A DNA stretch of 64,000 nt from positions 116,622,001 through 116,686,000 of the forward strand of contig NC_043003.1 in the NCBI RefSeq assembly GCF_006345805.1. Reading direction: 5' to 3'. The notes beneath the pieces were generated by a model. It did no database searches and had not been told where the DNA came from. It saw only the letters and a list, made by a program, of their open reading frames with translations. The position numbers and the translations under genes were made by a program. Origin of the DNA: Octopus sinensis (lineage: Eukaryota). Of the stretch, positions 38,343 to 52,208 are shown one piece after another (within the stretch, counting starts at the first letter, position 1; every line of letters starts with the position of its first letter).

Positions 38343-38569
38343 TTGTATGTCCATGTTTGTCCCCCTAGCATTGCTTGACAACCGAAGCTGGTATGTTTAC
38401 GTCCCCGTCACTTAGCGGTTCGGCACAAGAGACCGATAGAATAAGTACTGGGCTTACAAAGAATAAGTCCCGGGGTCGATTTTCTCGACTAAAGGCAGTG
38501 CTCCAGCATGGCCGCAGTCAAATGACTGAAACAAGTAAAAGAGTAAAAGAGTAAAAGAGTAAAGAGTAA
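38105..38569 (+). mobile_element. SINE family B (full length)
   Basis: GGCGCAGGAGTGGCTGTGTGG head; internal (TA)n(TG)n; (GAGTAAAA)n tail. Confidence 0.9.
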
Positions 38570-38953
38570 CTCATAACAGGTAACTCACATTGAAAGTATT
38601 CTTTCACAATTCATAAAGTCACAAGCTTTTGGAATACACGAGGAACACTACTATTACCATTTTCTGTTCGGTCAGAAGAGTCGATATCCTCACTAAATTC
38701 AATTCGACATCTTCAAAATTACAATCAGCCCCCTTCCGGGTGACTCGGTCTCCCAAAAATGGCATCACAATATCTTTTGAGCACGAATTCCATGCAAAAG
38801 TAATTTTAAACTTTGATATTATTTACATTTTTAGGAGATAGTTTGAAAATATTTCGAATGGAAGCGATATAACCTTACCTGCTTTCATAAAAAGTCATCA
38901 AGATGAATTACCAATAGGTATCAAACAGAAACCCCAAAACAAAACCACAGTAA

Positions 38954-39487
38954 GGCACAGGAGTGGATATATGGTAAGAAGCTTGCTTCCCAACCACATG
39001 GTCCCCGTTTCAGTCCCACTGCGTGGCCTCTTGGGCCAGTGATTTCTGCTATAGCCTCGGGCCGATCAAAGCTTTGTGAGTGGATTTGGTAGAAGGAAAC
39101 AGCAAGAAGCCCGTCTTATATATTTATTATATACTAATGTGTGTGTTTGTCACCATCGCTTGGCAACCTATTTCTTTACTACCCACAAGGAGCCAAACAC
39201 AGAGGGGACATCAAGGACAGACAAACGGATTAAGTCGATTATATCGACCCCAGTGCATAACTGGTACTTATTTAATCGACCCTGAAAGGATGAAAGTCAA
39301 AGTCGACGGCTAAGCATTTCGCCCGGCGTGCTAACGTTTCTGCCAGGTCGCCGCCTTGACAACCGATGCTGCTGTGTTTATGTCCCCGTAGCTTAGCGGT
39401 TCAGCAAAAATACGATAGAATAAGTACTAGGTTTATTAGGTCAATTTCTTTGACCTAATAAATGACTGAAACAAGTAAAAGAATAAA
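38954..39487 (+). mobile_element. SINE family B with nested family C insertion
   Basis: Host B sequence resumes after 39354. Confidence 0.8.
39169..39354 (-). mobile_element. SINE family C (internally deleted) nested in family B
   Basis: TSD CTTG(G/A)CAACC at 39159-39168 and 39355-39364. Confidence 0.85.
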
Positions 39488-39554
39488 TGATACACACTCT
39501 TTTTATATGTTTGATAAACCGTACAACCAAAATAGTCTAAAATACAAAGTCCTA

Positions 39555-39715
39555 ATAAACCTAGTTCTTATTCTATCGATTTCTTTGGCCGAACCGCTAA
39601 GTTACGGAGACACAAACACACCAACATCAGTTGTCAAGCGATTGCCACACAAACACACACATATACGTACGCACACCATAAATATATACATTGATATATA
39701 TACGACGGGCTTCCT
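39555..39715 (-). mobile_element. SINE family B middle fragment
   Basis: TTATTCTATCG..CCGAACCGCTAAG..GACGGGCTTC. Confidence 0.7.
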
Positions 39716-39935
39716 GTTGCACATTGCAGTCAACCGGGTAACAAAATGTTTTGGCCACATTATAGAGAAGACGAAACATTCGTGGATTTCTTTTATCTCT
39801 ACCACATTGATTATCAAAACTCAATATTATTTTAAAAAGTTACAATGGTTATAATTCTGATAACGTCCGTTGCTCTTAAATGCTGTACAATATTTAGTTT
39901 GCACTTAACCCTTTAGTGTTTAAACCGGCCATATA

Positions 39936-40345
39936 CTCTTTTACTCTTTTACTTGTTTCAGTCAAGTGACTGCGGCCATGCTGGAGCACCGCCTTTAGTC
40001 GAGCAAATCGACCCCGGGACTTATTCTTTGTAAGCCCAGTACTTATTCTATCGGTCTCTTTTTTGCCGAAGCGCTAAGTGATGGGGACGTAAACACACCA
40101 GCATCGGTTGTCAAGCAATGCTAGGGGGACAAACACAGACACACAAACACACACACACATATATATATAAATATACATATATACGACAGGCTTCTTTCAG
40201 TTTCCGTCTACCAAATCCACTCACAAGGCATTGGTCGGCCCGGGGCTATAGCAGAAGACACTTGCCCAAGATTCCTCGCAGTGGGATAGAACCCGGAACC
40301 ATGTGGTTGATAAACAAGCTACTTACCACACAGCCACTCCTGCGC
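39936..40345 (-). mobile_element. SINE family B (full length)
   Basis: As the 22746 copy. Confidence 0.9.
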
Positions 40346-40570
40346 AAATATTCTATATGTTTTATATTCAAACTGGCTAGATCTGGCCTCTAACACCTAA
40401 CCTACATTGACATTCTAAAAATAAACAATCGCAATCATTGAAACCTCAAAGCTAGAAGATAATGCATGATTAATTCAAAACAATTTGAGTGAGAATGTAT
40501 TACATTTAACAGAGTAATCTGAACACTAAACGGTTAAATATCTTTTCGAAGAGAATTCAACGAATACTTT

Positions 40571-40785
40571 GTTTTTGGATTTGGTTTGCAAGATTCTTTA
40601 TGTGAGTTCCTGTGTTGAAGCATATTCTGTTGTCTCTGGGGAGAGTCATTTTCTTTTCGTGCCTTATAATCTAACAGACTCACCGGTAAAATTTCCTCTT
40701 ATTTCTTATTTTTATTTTCCTAAAGTTTTCGTTTCAACGAAATACTATTCCATATTTCGTTTCAACGAATACTATTCTATATTTT
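40571..40785 (-). repeat. Unclassified repeat family F, copy 3
   Basis: Reverse complement of the 23241 copy; short tandem duplication TTTCGTTTCAACGAA(A)TACTATTC. Confidence 0.8.
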
Positions 40786-40795
40786 TGGGGCGGGG

Positions 40796-41065
40796 GATGA
40801 GGAATTATGGACATTATTTACAATGGACGGATAGGTGACCATATTGTTTGTTGTTATCACAATGTTTCGGCTGGTGTATTCTACCCTTCATCGGGTGTTC
40901 TTGTGGAATTTCGAAACCAAACCCTTTATTTGACTAATGGGGTACTCTGTTCTCATTCCTAAGGTCTGTTGCTGATATTAATTGTCTATTGATATTATTT
41001 TTCAAGTCCCTGCCTGGATTTGAACTAAGAATCCGAGGGATAGTAGCCCGCGCTCTTATTCACTA
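40796..41065 (-). mobile_element. SINE family E (tRNA-like head, hammerhead-bearing tail)
   Basis: Minus: TAGTGAATAAGAGCGCGGGCTAC..AGTTCAAATCC head; CAC-CCGATGA-A..CCAGCC-GAAAC-ATT-GTG at 40858-40897; tail ATCCGTCCATTGTAAATAATG..AATTCCTCATC. Confidence 0.75.
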
Positions 41066-41283
41066 AGTTCAATACCAAGCAGGGACTTGAAAAATAATAT
41101 CAACAGACAATTAACATCAGCAACAGACCTTAGGAATGAGAACAGTTTTTACTCCGTTAGTCAAAAAAAGGGTTGGGTTTGAAATTTCACCAGAACACCT
41201 GATGAAGGCTGGAGAGTACACCAGCCAAAACGTTGTGATAACAACAAACAAGATGATAAGACCTATCCGTCCACTGTAAATAA
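41066..41283 (+). mobile_element. Inverted second copy of SINE family E (B box to tail)
   Basis: Reverse complement of 40814-41026, about 85% identical by hand alignment. Confidence 0.85.
41196..41237 (+). ncRNA. Minimal type I hammerhead motif in SINE E (G12 mutated to A)
   Basis: CAC-CTGATGA-A-GGCTGG agagtaca CCAGCC-aAAA-CG-TT-GTG: perfect 6-bp stem II, palindromic ACGT stem III, GUU site. Confidence 0.65.
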
Positions 41284-41431
41284 GAATTCAATGAACATCA
41301 AGAATATGACGTTTTGGCCTCTTTCAACTTTGACCCGAAAATGGTTCTCACAAGTAATTGATTAATAAAAATTTGAATTGAAATAAAAAAAGAAGTGACA
41401 ACTGATATTATTTTAAATGCATTTATTGATA

Positions 41432-41640
41432 CTCTTTACTCTCTCTCTTTTACTCGTTTACATGCTGGAGCACCGCCTTTAGTCGAGCAAATCGACCCCA
41501 GGACTTATTCATTGTAAGCCCAGTATTATTCTATCGGTCTATTTTGCCGAACCGCTAAGTGACGGGGACGTAAACAAACCAGCATCGGTTGTAAAGCAAT
41601 GCTAGGGGGACAAACACGGACATACAACACATACATATAT

Positions 41641-41722
<82 letters not shown>

Positions 41723-41882
41723 CGGGCTTCTTTCAGTTTCCGTCTACCAAATCCACCCACAAGGCATTGGTCGGCCCGAGGCTATAGCAGAAGAATCTTG
41801 CCCAAGGTGTCACGCAGTGGGACTGAACCCGGAACCATGTGGTTGGTTAGCAAGCTACTTACCACACAGCCACTCCTGCGCC
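41432..41882 (-). mobile_element. SINE family B (full length)
   Basis: As other B copies; long internal (TA)n. Confidence 0.9.
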
Positions 41883-42413
41883 TTTATTCAGATAAAATGT
41901 ATTGAAAATTTAAAACAAGTACTTCCTCTTAAAATGAAATGATTATACATTGCATGGATGCATATCTGTCGGAATAAAATGTATGGATCACGGGTTTCAT
42001 ATATTTCAGTACGCGAGGAAGGCATGAACATCACTGTTTCGCATGTGAATAAACAGGTAAAATCTTCGTATTAAAATAAAAACCAAATGAATAATATTTC
42101 AGAAGTTGTAACAACAAATGTAGATTAAAAGGTAAGTTTTTAGAAATCTGAGACATTTCTTTGTTTCAAATATTTCAATAGATTTTATAACAGCGCCGTT
42201 TGTGACGTTCTGTTTAGATTTTAGATTCTGATAGAATTGTATGACATCATAATATGCGATGTAATCTTTTGATGCCATAAGACTGGTTCAGGCTGGGAAC
42301 AGAATCAATAGGACTTAAGAAGTCCATACACAAATATATAGACACACCTACGCACACAAACACACAAGCAAGAATCAAAACATACATAAACACGCACACA
42401 CACACACACACAC

Positions 42414-42477
<64 letters not shown>

Positions 42478-43426
42478 AGGTCAGATCTGTATATAGTTCT
42501 ACCTGTTACACTTGCGGTTATTTTTGAAAAGTCCTTGTTTTGGCGCGCTAAATAACCGGAAAATAATAATGTAGTATACACGCGTCACATTTTGAATGAC
42601 CGGCAGGGAATGGGTGAAGAAAAAGTTCTTTCAAAGACAGGAGAGTGCAAGAGGAGATATATGTGTGTAAGTGTGGATATGTGCGTGCGCGCAGATCTGC
42701 GTGTGCGCGTGTGTGTGTGTGCAATGATAACACGTGTGTGTGTGTGTGTGGTTGTGGCTGTTAAACAATGTGTGTGGTAGGGCTTAGTATTGTTTAAGGT
42801 CAAGGAAGAATGAATTAGGAGTGGCTCTTGTGTCTATCCATGTGGAAGAATGGTCAGTTAAAGGTACTGGTAGTTTGAAGTATGTGTGTGTGTGTGCGTG
42901 TATGTATATGTATTGCGTGTGTGTTTTGTTTGTAGTGTGTGTGTGTGTGTATGTATGTGTGTGTTCGTCTGTGTATGCGTAGAGTTTGTGTGTGTGGCAG
43001 AGAACTGCTTTACTTTGTGTATGTGTGCGTGTGTGCTTGTATGTGCGTGTGTGTGTATACATGTATGTATAATTGTGTGCGTGTATGTATGAGTGTATGC
43101 TGTGTGTATGGGATGTATGTGAATGTTCATTTGTGTGTGTGTATGTGCGTGCGTTTCGTATGTGCGTGTAGTTGTGTGTGCGTGTGTATGTGTGCGAGTG
43201 TATGTGTGTATGCGTATCTGGGTGTATATACGTGTATCCTTGGGGTTGTGAGTGTTAGGTGTGTGCATTCGTGTGCATGTGTACGCATGTTTGTTTGTGC
43301 GTGTGTGTCTGTGTCTATATGTGTATACGTATGTGTATGTGTGTGTGCGCATGTATGCATATATTGTGTGTATGTATATGTACAGTGTGTATATGAATTT
43401 GCGTATGCGTGTGTATATGTATGTGT

Positions 43427-43720
43427 GTGGAGGCCCAATGGCCCAGTGGTTAAGACAACGGACTCGCAGTTGTAGGATCGTGGTTTCGATTCCCAGACCG
43501 GGCGTTGTGAGTGTTTATTGAGCAAAAACATCTAAAGCTCCATAAGGCTCCGGCAGGGGGTTGTTGGCCATCCCTGCTGTACTCTTTCGCCACAACTTTC
43601 TCTCACTCTTTCTTCTGTTGGCCTGCTCGCTTAGCCAGCGGGGTGGCGTCATTTGAAGGCTAAAACAATGCGAAGCGCGTTGTGACCAGCGATAGCTGGT
43701 CGATCACGGTGATCACGGTG

Positions 43721-43722
<2 letters not shown>
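43427..43722 (+). mobile_element. SINE family A tail type 2
   Basis: Head, core and type 2 tail ending in tandem CACGGTGAT. Confidence 0.9.
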
Positions 43723-43751
<29 letters not shown>

Positions 43752-43795
43752 TACATATGTATATATATATGTATGTTTATGTGTATATGTGTGTG

Positions 43796-43837
<42 letters not shown>

Positions 43838-43844
43838 ATAATAT

Positions 43845-44250
43845 ATATATATATAGAATGTGTGTCTGTCTGTGTGAATTCCTAAAACTTGAGAACTACA
43901 CAACCAATTTCATTAAAATTTTACACATGCCTTACTTAGGGCTCAGGGAGTGTCATGGGCTAAAAAATTAACTTTTTACCTAGGGTGAGCCCACAGCAAT
44001 ATCATATCTTCTCCACTATTTCAGTATTACGTGTTAAAAGTGAAACAAAAACATCTCTCTATTGTAATGTCAGATACTTTCACTTTAATACTGAAACTAT
44101 TAAAGTCAAACTATTATATAAGAGGGATGAACCATTAACAGTGGGCATCCATTTTGCTAGAAGAAGATCCGCTATGGTCTTATATGCTCACCAACGGTTT
44201 TTAATTCATATTAATCAAATTAATATTCAATTCTCACCCTTATTATTTTA
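43845..44250 (+). mobile_element. Possible non-autonomous Helitron-like repeat (5' part)
   Basis: GTGTCTGTCTGTGTG..AACTACACAACCAATTTCATT..AATTTTACACATG resembles 5' regions of small non-autonomous Helitron-type elements (recalled, not searched); single copy here. Confidence 0.35.
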
Positions 44251-44949
44251 AATTTAAATTTAAACCCAGGACCATGTGTTTTGGAACGAAGTTTGTTACC
44301 ACACAGCTACACCTGCACCCATGTATGTGTGTGTATGTGTGTATAGCTGTATATGTATACATCTATATATGTAGATGTGTGTATATATATATATGTACAT
44401 GTAAATATGTACACATATATATTCACATATATACATTTCCTATCTCAAAGAAATTCAAACAATTCAAACCCAAGATAAAAAGATTCTCAACAATTCAACT
44501 TCTCTGGTTGACATTAAGATACCTACCCCTAATAAGGGCGTTAACTCTCACATTTTAGAGCTCCATGACCTCCATTTTTCAGGAGTATAATCTTTTTATC
44601 AGGTTGAATAAGACTGGAATTTTGGAATATGCGCATAAAAATCAGTAGTATGGGATACATGTGGCACAATTACAATTATTTTTAGGGTGTGTAAAGAGGG
44701 AAATAATTCTCATCTGTAATTTTGATGAAATTCGAAACATAGTTATTCTAGTTCATTACAGAAAATATAACAGAAAAGTCTAATTCTTCAATTGTATGTA
44801 ACTCTGCTAGTATATTTATAAATAAAGTGTCTGTGTGTTCGTATATGTACATATGTACATAAATGCATGCACTAAATACCCTGATACGGGACCCCGCTTG
44901 CTAGATCAACTGTTTATCGAATAAACCTCAATATTCTTCAAGCCATTGC

Positions 44950-44985
<36 letters not shown>

Positions 44986-47017
44986 ATATAATATATATAT
45001 ATATAAACACTGATGTGCTCCTGCATGGCCGCAGTCTAATCACTCAAACATGTAAAAGATAAAAGATAGGGTATTTTCAGAGAAGCACACTCAACCCAAG
45101 TTCTGGGCTGTCGACACTTTTGGATTTCAGACTAATACCAAAATTCTTCAGGTGTAGAAAATCCTGGTCTCACGATGGTAAGAGCGTTGTACGGGTGTAG
45201 CGAAGATAAAATATGATCTAAATAATAAGACAAAGAAATACGCTAACAAATCTTTAATGATCTGTTACAATTGGTTCGGTACCAACTCTACTTGCAACGC
45301 CTTAAAGCAGAGTTGGTAATGAAACAATTGTAAATGATCATTAAAAATGTATCAAAGTATTTCTTTGTCATATTTCATATATAATATATATCTATGTTTC
45401 TATCTAACTCTCTCTCCCTCTCTCTCCATTTTTCTCTATTTGCCTATGTATGTATTTACGTAGGTCTGATCTGTTTAAATTCATGTACATGCGACTGTTT
45501 ATGAGTGTATGGATGTTCCTGCACGTTTATTTCCACATATTGTTCCTCAAACAATGTATTCTGTCTTTGGTCAGTGTTTACTGAAAAGTGTTTGTCTTTT
45601 CCAGTGCATTTCAATGACTGATATTTGCTCTTTGATTTCCAACCTTGATAATTATCATTATAACGGTGACTTCTTGCTTCTCTTTTTATTTAATAGTAGT
45701 TCGTTAAATGCTGCCACTAGAAGAGAAATGCCCAGATAAAAATTTTGAACAATGTAGATCAATTACCTCAAGAAAAATATTTCCAAGCTGCTCACAATTA
45801 TTAAATGAGCCAATCTTATTGCCTGTACGTATAAAACAAACAAATAAACAAAAGAGGTTCTATGTTTTAACCTGACCCATTCAAAATAGCCAGCGATTTT
45901 TCTGACAAATCATATGTTATCTAGTATAAAAAGGGAAGTATTCAATGGATAATTTAATCCCAGAAACAATAGCAGTGAAAAAAAAGAGCCTGGCTTATAA
46001 CGGCTGCAGAACCTTTGATCATAATATTGTTCTGGTTAAGATGACTCGGGGATACGGAAACAACTTGAGCAACAAATGGAAATTGAAATAAAGAAATAAG
46101 AAGAAAACAGGAAGAATATAAAGCAAAAGCACATTAAATATCTTCATTGAATTCTACTTTTTCTTGTTTTTATGCTTTCATTTTGTTTATGTATTCACGA
46201 TTTATTTTTCAATATTCTCAATTAACTTAAATAATGAAAATGGAGAAAGCCTGGCCATTTTCTCATTCTCTTATACAGGCTTCTTTACAAACAATGCACG
46301 AGAAAAAATGGTAATAAAATTGTATCAGCGAAGAGAGAAACACGGCGAAAAAATATGAGTTCGTAAAAGTCATCTAATTAGTTGCATTATTGGTATTTGG
46401 CCAACGTTTTAAAGATGTTGGAAAGCAGCCATTGAAGAGATTCTAAGTAATTACCCTTTTTCCTCCGCTTAATATGTGTTTGCTTGTGTATTTAGATGTC
46501 TATGTTTGTGAGTTGCTATACTTTCAAGTATGTATACAGCTATGTTTGTGTTGTATGCACGAAAGATAAAAGTGTGAAAGCGAGTGACGAGAGTTTATTG
46601 AAGTACTTCTGGTTCTGGTGGCAAGTATGTCTCATGCTGTCTGTGGGCGTAAGCGTTGTATTTGTACGTTACATATATCATATATACACATGAGTCGTGT
46701 GTGTAAAGATGCAACTCATGTTAACCTTCTAAGTTTCGATTTTCCCGTGTGTCCCAAGAGGCAAATGTCTTCTATAATTGCTATCGCTCGTCAAAATAAA
46801 TTGCGGGAAATGGTAACTCTACTTATTTTATCGCACGCTGTATAAAGGGAGGTCTGAATCTGATAAGTTCATGATTTCTTAGAGTTTCATTAGAAAACGT
46901 AACTCAAATTTTTCAATAATTCGTTCATAGCTTAAATATATCTTTCATGTATAAAAACTAGAAATCAACTACACGGCTCACACACACAAATATATTTCCG
47001 AGCTGACAATGGTTACG

Positions 47018-47048
<31 letters not shown>

Positions 47049-47409
47049 CATGGTGGTGGCTGCCTCCTCGTTATCGAGTATGGCCATTGCACGATGCTTA
47101 ATCAGTGTTGTTATCGTGCAATTCCTGTGCAAGAAGATTTTTTAAAGTGAGGAAAGAATGTGCACTGAGTCAATCCCACTCACTAAGCAACAGGGGCCAT
47201 AATCCGAAAAGAAGAACAAGTCAACATCATCAGTAACCACTGAGCCGCAGGTTTTATGTTGGAGTTATCCCAGAGAAATCTGCAGTTATTGAATCCAGAT
47301 TATAAGTTCAGGTTTATACCTACAATTATTGGGTTACTAGGATATTTAACCAATTGTCTAAATACCAATATTGAGAAGTTAGGCTTCTCAAAACCAGAAA
47401 CGAGACAAC

Positions 47410-47545
47410 TGGAACTGTAAAAATGAGTTAAAGCTCCGCTCGAAACGTTAAGCCCTCCTTCTTTCCTTCTTTCCTGAGCGTCCAATAAAACTATACTTGT
47501 TCCACGTCCTCACGTTGTTGTGTTTACTCTTTGTGTTTTCATGCT
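47410..47545 (+). mobile_element. Diverged Penelope pLTR-like fragment
   Basis: GCTC-GAAAC-GT-TAAG..CCTGAGCG.. similar to the 50768 and 54170 copies; left hammerhead core not intact. Confidence 0.45.
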
Positions 47546-47560
47546 TGGATTAACTACATA

Positions 47561-47920
<360 letters not shown>

Positions 47921-48086
47921 ATTAATTATTCAGTTAATTAAACAATATGATTGACGAAATTCAAACGAAATAAACAAATTTATTAACTTCGATCTTCGAT
48001 CTTCCTCTCCGATCTCTTCCTTTGTATATTCCCATCTGACTAACGTAAGGGAGACAATTCTTGATTGAATAATATTTACTTAATTC

Positions 48087-48490
48087 CAGGAGTGGCTGTG
48101 TGGTAAGTAGCTTGCTAACCAACCACATGGTTCCAGGTTCAGTCGCACTGCGTGGCATCTTGGGCAAGTGTCTTCAGCTATAGCCCCGGGCCGACCAATG
48201 CCTTGTGATTGGATTTGGTAGACGGAAACTAAAAGAAGCCAGTCGTATATATATATATGTATATGTGTGTGTGTGTTTGTGTGTCTGTGTTTGTCCCCCT
48301 AGCATTGCTTGACAACCGATGCTGGTGTGTTTACGTCCCTGTCACTTAGCGGTTCGGCAAAAGAGACCGATAGAATAAGTACTGGGCTTACAAAGAATAA
48401 GTCACGGGGGCGATTTGCTCGACTAAAAAGGCGGTGATCCAGCATGGCCGCAGTCGAATGACTGAAACAAGTAAAAGAGTAAAGAGAGTA
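48087..48490 (+). mobile_element. SINE family B (full length)
   Basis: As other B copies. Confidence 0.9.
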
Positions 48491-49727
48491 TACGAAGCAT
48501 GAAAGCTATGAAAAAGAGTTAGATATAAACATTGCATAATGAATCTAAGTTTAAACGTGAGAATATGTTCATGAATATTTGCTTCTAGTGTATAATATGG
48601 GAAGGATATAGAATGGTGTCGTGTGTTTGTGGCTGTAAGTTTCGGCACATATATAACTATTATAACGAAGCTTCTGGTTGGCTGAGTGACGTAATGGAGG
48701 GAAGGAAGAAAATGTATACACTTGGAAAGATGTATGTAACAGTGCACGGGTGTATACACAAGGGTGTGTGATTATTTACGCGCACACACATATACACATA
48801 AATATAAAGTACGTGTATAAATGTTGGGTTTCGTTATATCGTGTCTATTCGCTTTCAATAACATTCTCTCTCTCTCTCCTTCTGTGTATACATGTGCGTA
48901 CGTAGGTATATATAATGGAACTAACGCTATGTTAAAGACAATGTAAAACGAATACAGAGATAAAAATAAAAATAAAAAAAAGTGTGGACGTATATACCAC
49001 ATGAGAGGAATGCAAAAAGAATAGAAACAAATGTTTAAAAAAATGGAAATTCGAATTGCGACTGTAGGCAGGAAAAACGAATTTTGGTGACGCGACTGCA
49101 AATCAAAAGCAATAACGGTCAAAGAATAACACAAGGAATTCTATGAAATCTTGAGTTAACTATCTTAATGCTTTGTGGGTTAGGATTCCAGATAGATTAA
49201 AGGTTTTGCTTCTCTACAAAACGGTCCCTTCTGATGGAATTCTTTAATGTATACCGTCGGCTTTAGTTTTGGCTTGTTACAGTTTTCTTTTCTCTTTAAT
49301 GTACGTTTTCCCTCGCCTCCATTCATGCTACTGTTGCATTTTTCTTTTCTTTTTGTTTTTGCTAGTGCCATGGTTGTGATGGTTGTTGTTGCTGGTGGTG
49401 ATGGTGGCAGTGAGGTGTTCTATTTTTATTCTTGTATGTCTGTTCTTTTTTTCTTCTTCAGGCTTTTCGTTCTTATTTCTCTGTTTCTCTTCCAACCAAC
49501 ATCCAGTTCAACTAGTTTTCCAGAAATGACATATAATTGTATGTATTATCTATATGAGGTGGCCACGATACACTTGGGAATTGGCACATGCATCACAAGC
49601 ACAGAAACACACACAGAAAATACAAACACGTATATACACATAGATACACGCATGTCTGTGTATATAAATATATACATGTATATACATATATACGCACACA
49701 AATATACATATATACACACAAACATTC

Positions 49728-49762
<35 letters not shown>

Positions 49763-49867
49763 ATACATATATATATATATGTCTGTGTATATAAATATAT
49801 ACATGTATATACATATATACGCACACAAATATACATATATACACATATATATACACACAAACATTCA

Positions 49868-49907
<40 letters not shown>

Positions 49908-50150
49908 CATAAATATATACATATATTTAATACATACAAAATCACACACACACACACACAAATATATATACATACATACAGACATATATATATATATATG
50001 CTTGGCTTAGAGTGAGTCACTGAGTGACGTAAAGCAATTTACGTGTCACTATTTATCTACCATGAATAATGGAGTCGATATATTGCTAGAACTGTGACGA
50101 TTACTCAAGAACACATTCACACACATGTGCACACACATGTTCCCACAAAT

Positions 50151-50187
<37 letters not shown>

Positions 50188-50327
50188 CACAGACCGACCA
50201 GCAAACCCACACGACGAACACCCTACCCAATGAGAAACAAATACACAAATTCAGGCGATCATCACATGCATACGTAAAAGCTAACTCAAAGCTAACTCAT
50301 ACTTATGTACACACACAGACATATACA

Positions 50328-50728
50328 GTGGAGGCGCAATGGCCAGTAGTTAGGGTCCGTACTCGTGGCCATAGGATCGCAGTTTCGATTACCAGACCGT
50401 GCATTGTGAATATTTATTGGGCGAAAACACCTAAAGGTCCACGAGGCTCCGGCAGGTGGTGGTAGCTAACTCTGTTGTATTATTTCACCACAACTTACTC
50501 TCACTCTTACTTCCTGTTTTTGTTGTACCTGTATTTCAAAGGGCCGGCCTTGTCACTCTCTGTGTCACACTGAATTTCCCCGAGAACTACGTTAAGGGTA
50601 CACGTGTCTGTGGAGTGCTCAACCAATCGCACGTTAATTTCACGAGCAGGCTGTTCAGTTGACAGTATCAACTGGAATCCTCGCCATCGTAACCGACTGA
50701 ATGCAACGATGATGATGATGATGATGAT

Positions 50729-50730
<2 letters not shown>
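50328..50730 (+). mobile_element. SINE family A tail type 1 followed by (GAT)n
   Basis: Head, core and type 1 tail. Confidence 0.9.
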
Positions 50731-50766
<36 letters not shown>

Positions 50767-50767
50767 C

Positions 50768-50921
50768 TTTGTTTCTTTTCTGTGTATCTTTCTGTCGAAG
50801 AGCGTAGGCTCAAAACTTAAAAGACTTGTTCTATTTCTATTCCTGAGCGCCATACTAATACACTTGTTTCTTTTTACTTCACCTGCCTTCGTCTTTTGTT
50901 TATTTTTGTAAACCTTCCCGT
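50768..50921 (+). mobile_element. Solo Penelope pLTR fragment with degenerate hammerhead (50788-50823)
   Basis: CTTT-CTGTCGA-A-GAGC gtag GCTC-aAAAC-tT-A-AAAG; same family as the end of the 52655 element. Confidence 0.7.
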
Positions 50922-50989
50922 TATATATATATATACATACATACATATATATATATATATACATACATACATACACACAACCACACACA

Positions 50990-51061
<72 letters not shown>

Positions 51062-51344
51062 CATGCATAAGTGTGTGTGTATGCATATTTGTATATATAA
51101 ATACATGTAGTATGTATGTTTACATTTTCCTAAAGAACAGTGTGATAGAGAAGTGACCATAGACGAATTTGTACATTCTGAAGTCTGAGTCATATTTGAA
51201 GTGTAGGCGTGTTTGCGTGTTTGTAAAATTTGCTGCACACTCATTTGGTGTCGAGTTAACCTCGGCCAATGGATACAATGTGGCTGGCATTTTGCTTACA
51301 GAAAATGTACAGATGTTCTTCGGCCATGCACATATATGTCGCGG

Positions 51345-51510
51345 TAAGCTGGCAGAATCGTTAGCACGTCGGGGAAAGTGCTTAGCGTCATCTTATTCGA
51401 GTTTCTACCGCAGAGGTTAATTTTGTTTTCCATTCTTTCAGGGTCGACAAAATAAGTACCGGCTGAATAGTGGGGTCGATGTAATTGATTTACTCCCTTT
51501 CCCACTGAAA
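51345..51510 (+). mobile_element. SINE family C (decayed)
   Basis: AGCTGGCAGAATCGTTAGCACG head; GGGTCGA motifs. Confidence 0.65.
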
Positions 51511-52208
51511 CCAATATATGTTTGTCAGTTAGCAGAACAGTTGATGTTTTATCAAGTTCCAAGTACAAATTATTTTTTTAGCGTTAACGAAAATGCGTCC
51601 GTTGCGGTGAACGACAGAAAAAAAGATATTGGAGCCAAAATACTCAGGTTTTGTGTGTCTGTGATAAATATGTGTGTCAGCAATGAGAGCAACCTTGAGT
51701 GGCGTACATTCTTTTTTCAGTCTGCTGGCTAAAGCTGTGTCACGTACGCTGTCTTTCTCATGGCATTCTGTAGCGGAGGTTGAGTAGCGGAGGTTGAGTA
51801 GTTCTTACAGCAACTGGTCGTGGTTTGGTTGTGACCACTGACTAATTAAGTGGCGCACTATCTATATATATGAAGCTAATATTTCTCAGAAAGGCACTGG
51901 AGACGAAACTGCGAATGAGGTTTCAATTTGCTGCATGTCCCAAGCACTTACTTTGCAACACTGGGCTTCTTATGAGTTAAACATCTGTAGATTCCGTTGT
52001 TTATTTCTCTGGGCAAATTATCTGCGAATGAAAAACAAAAAGCAAATCCTTAATATGTTTATCAGAGACTGACACACGTCGTCAACCCTTGTCACCATCT
52101 TGTCTATTTAATTCTTTTTATGGATTTTTATGACCGACTATAATGATTCAGGTTAGATACCGAAGGCGGGTGTTTGTTTCTGGGTCTGCCAAATATTCCT
52201 GCCATATA

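Noticed and set aside
51600-52180. Possible piggyBac C-terminal Cys-rich remnant on the minus strand
   Set aside because: Only scattered Cys pairs across frames; no DDD motifs or TTAA/TIR recognised.
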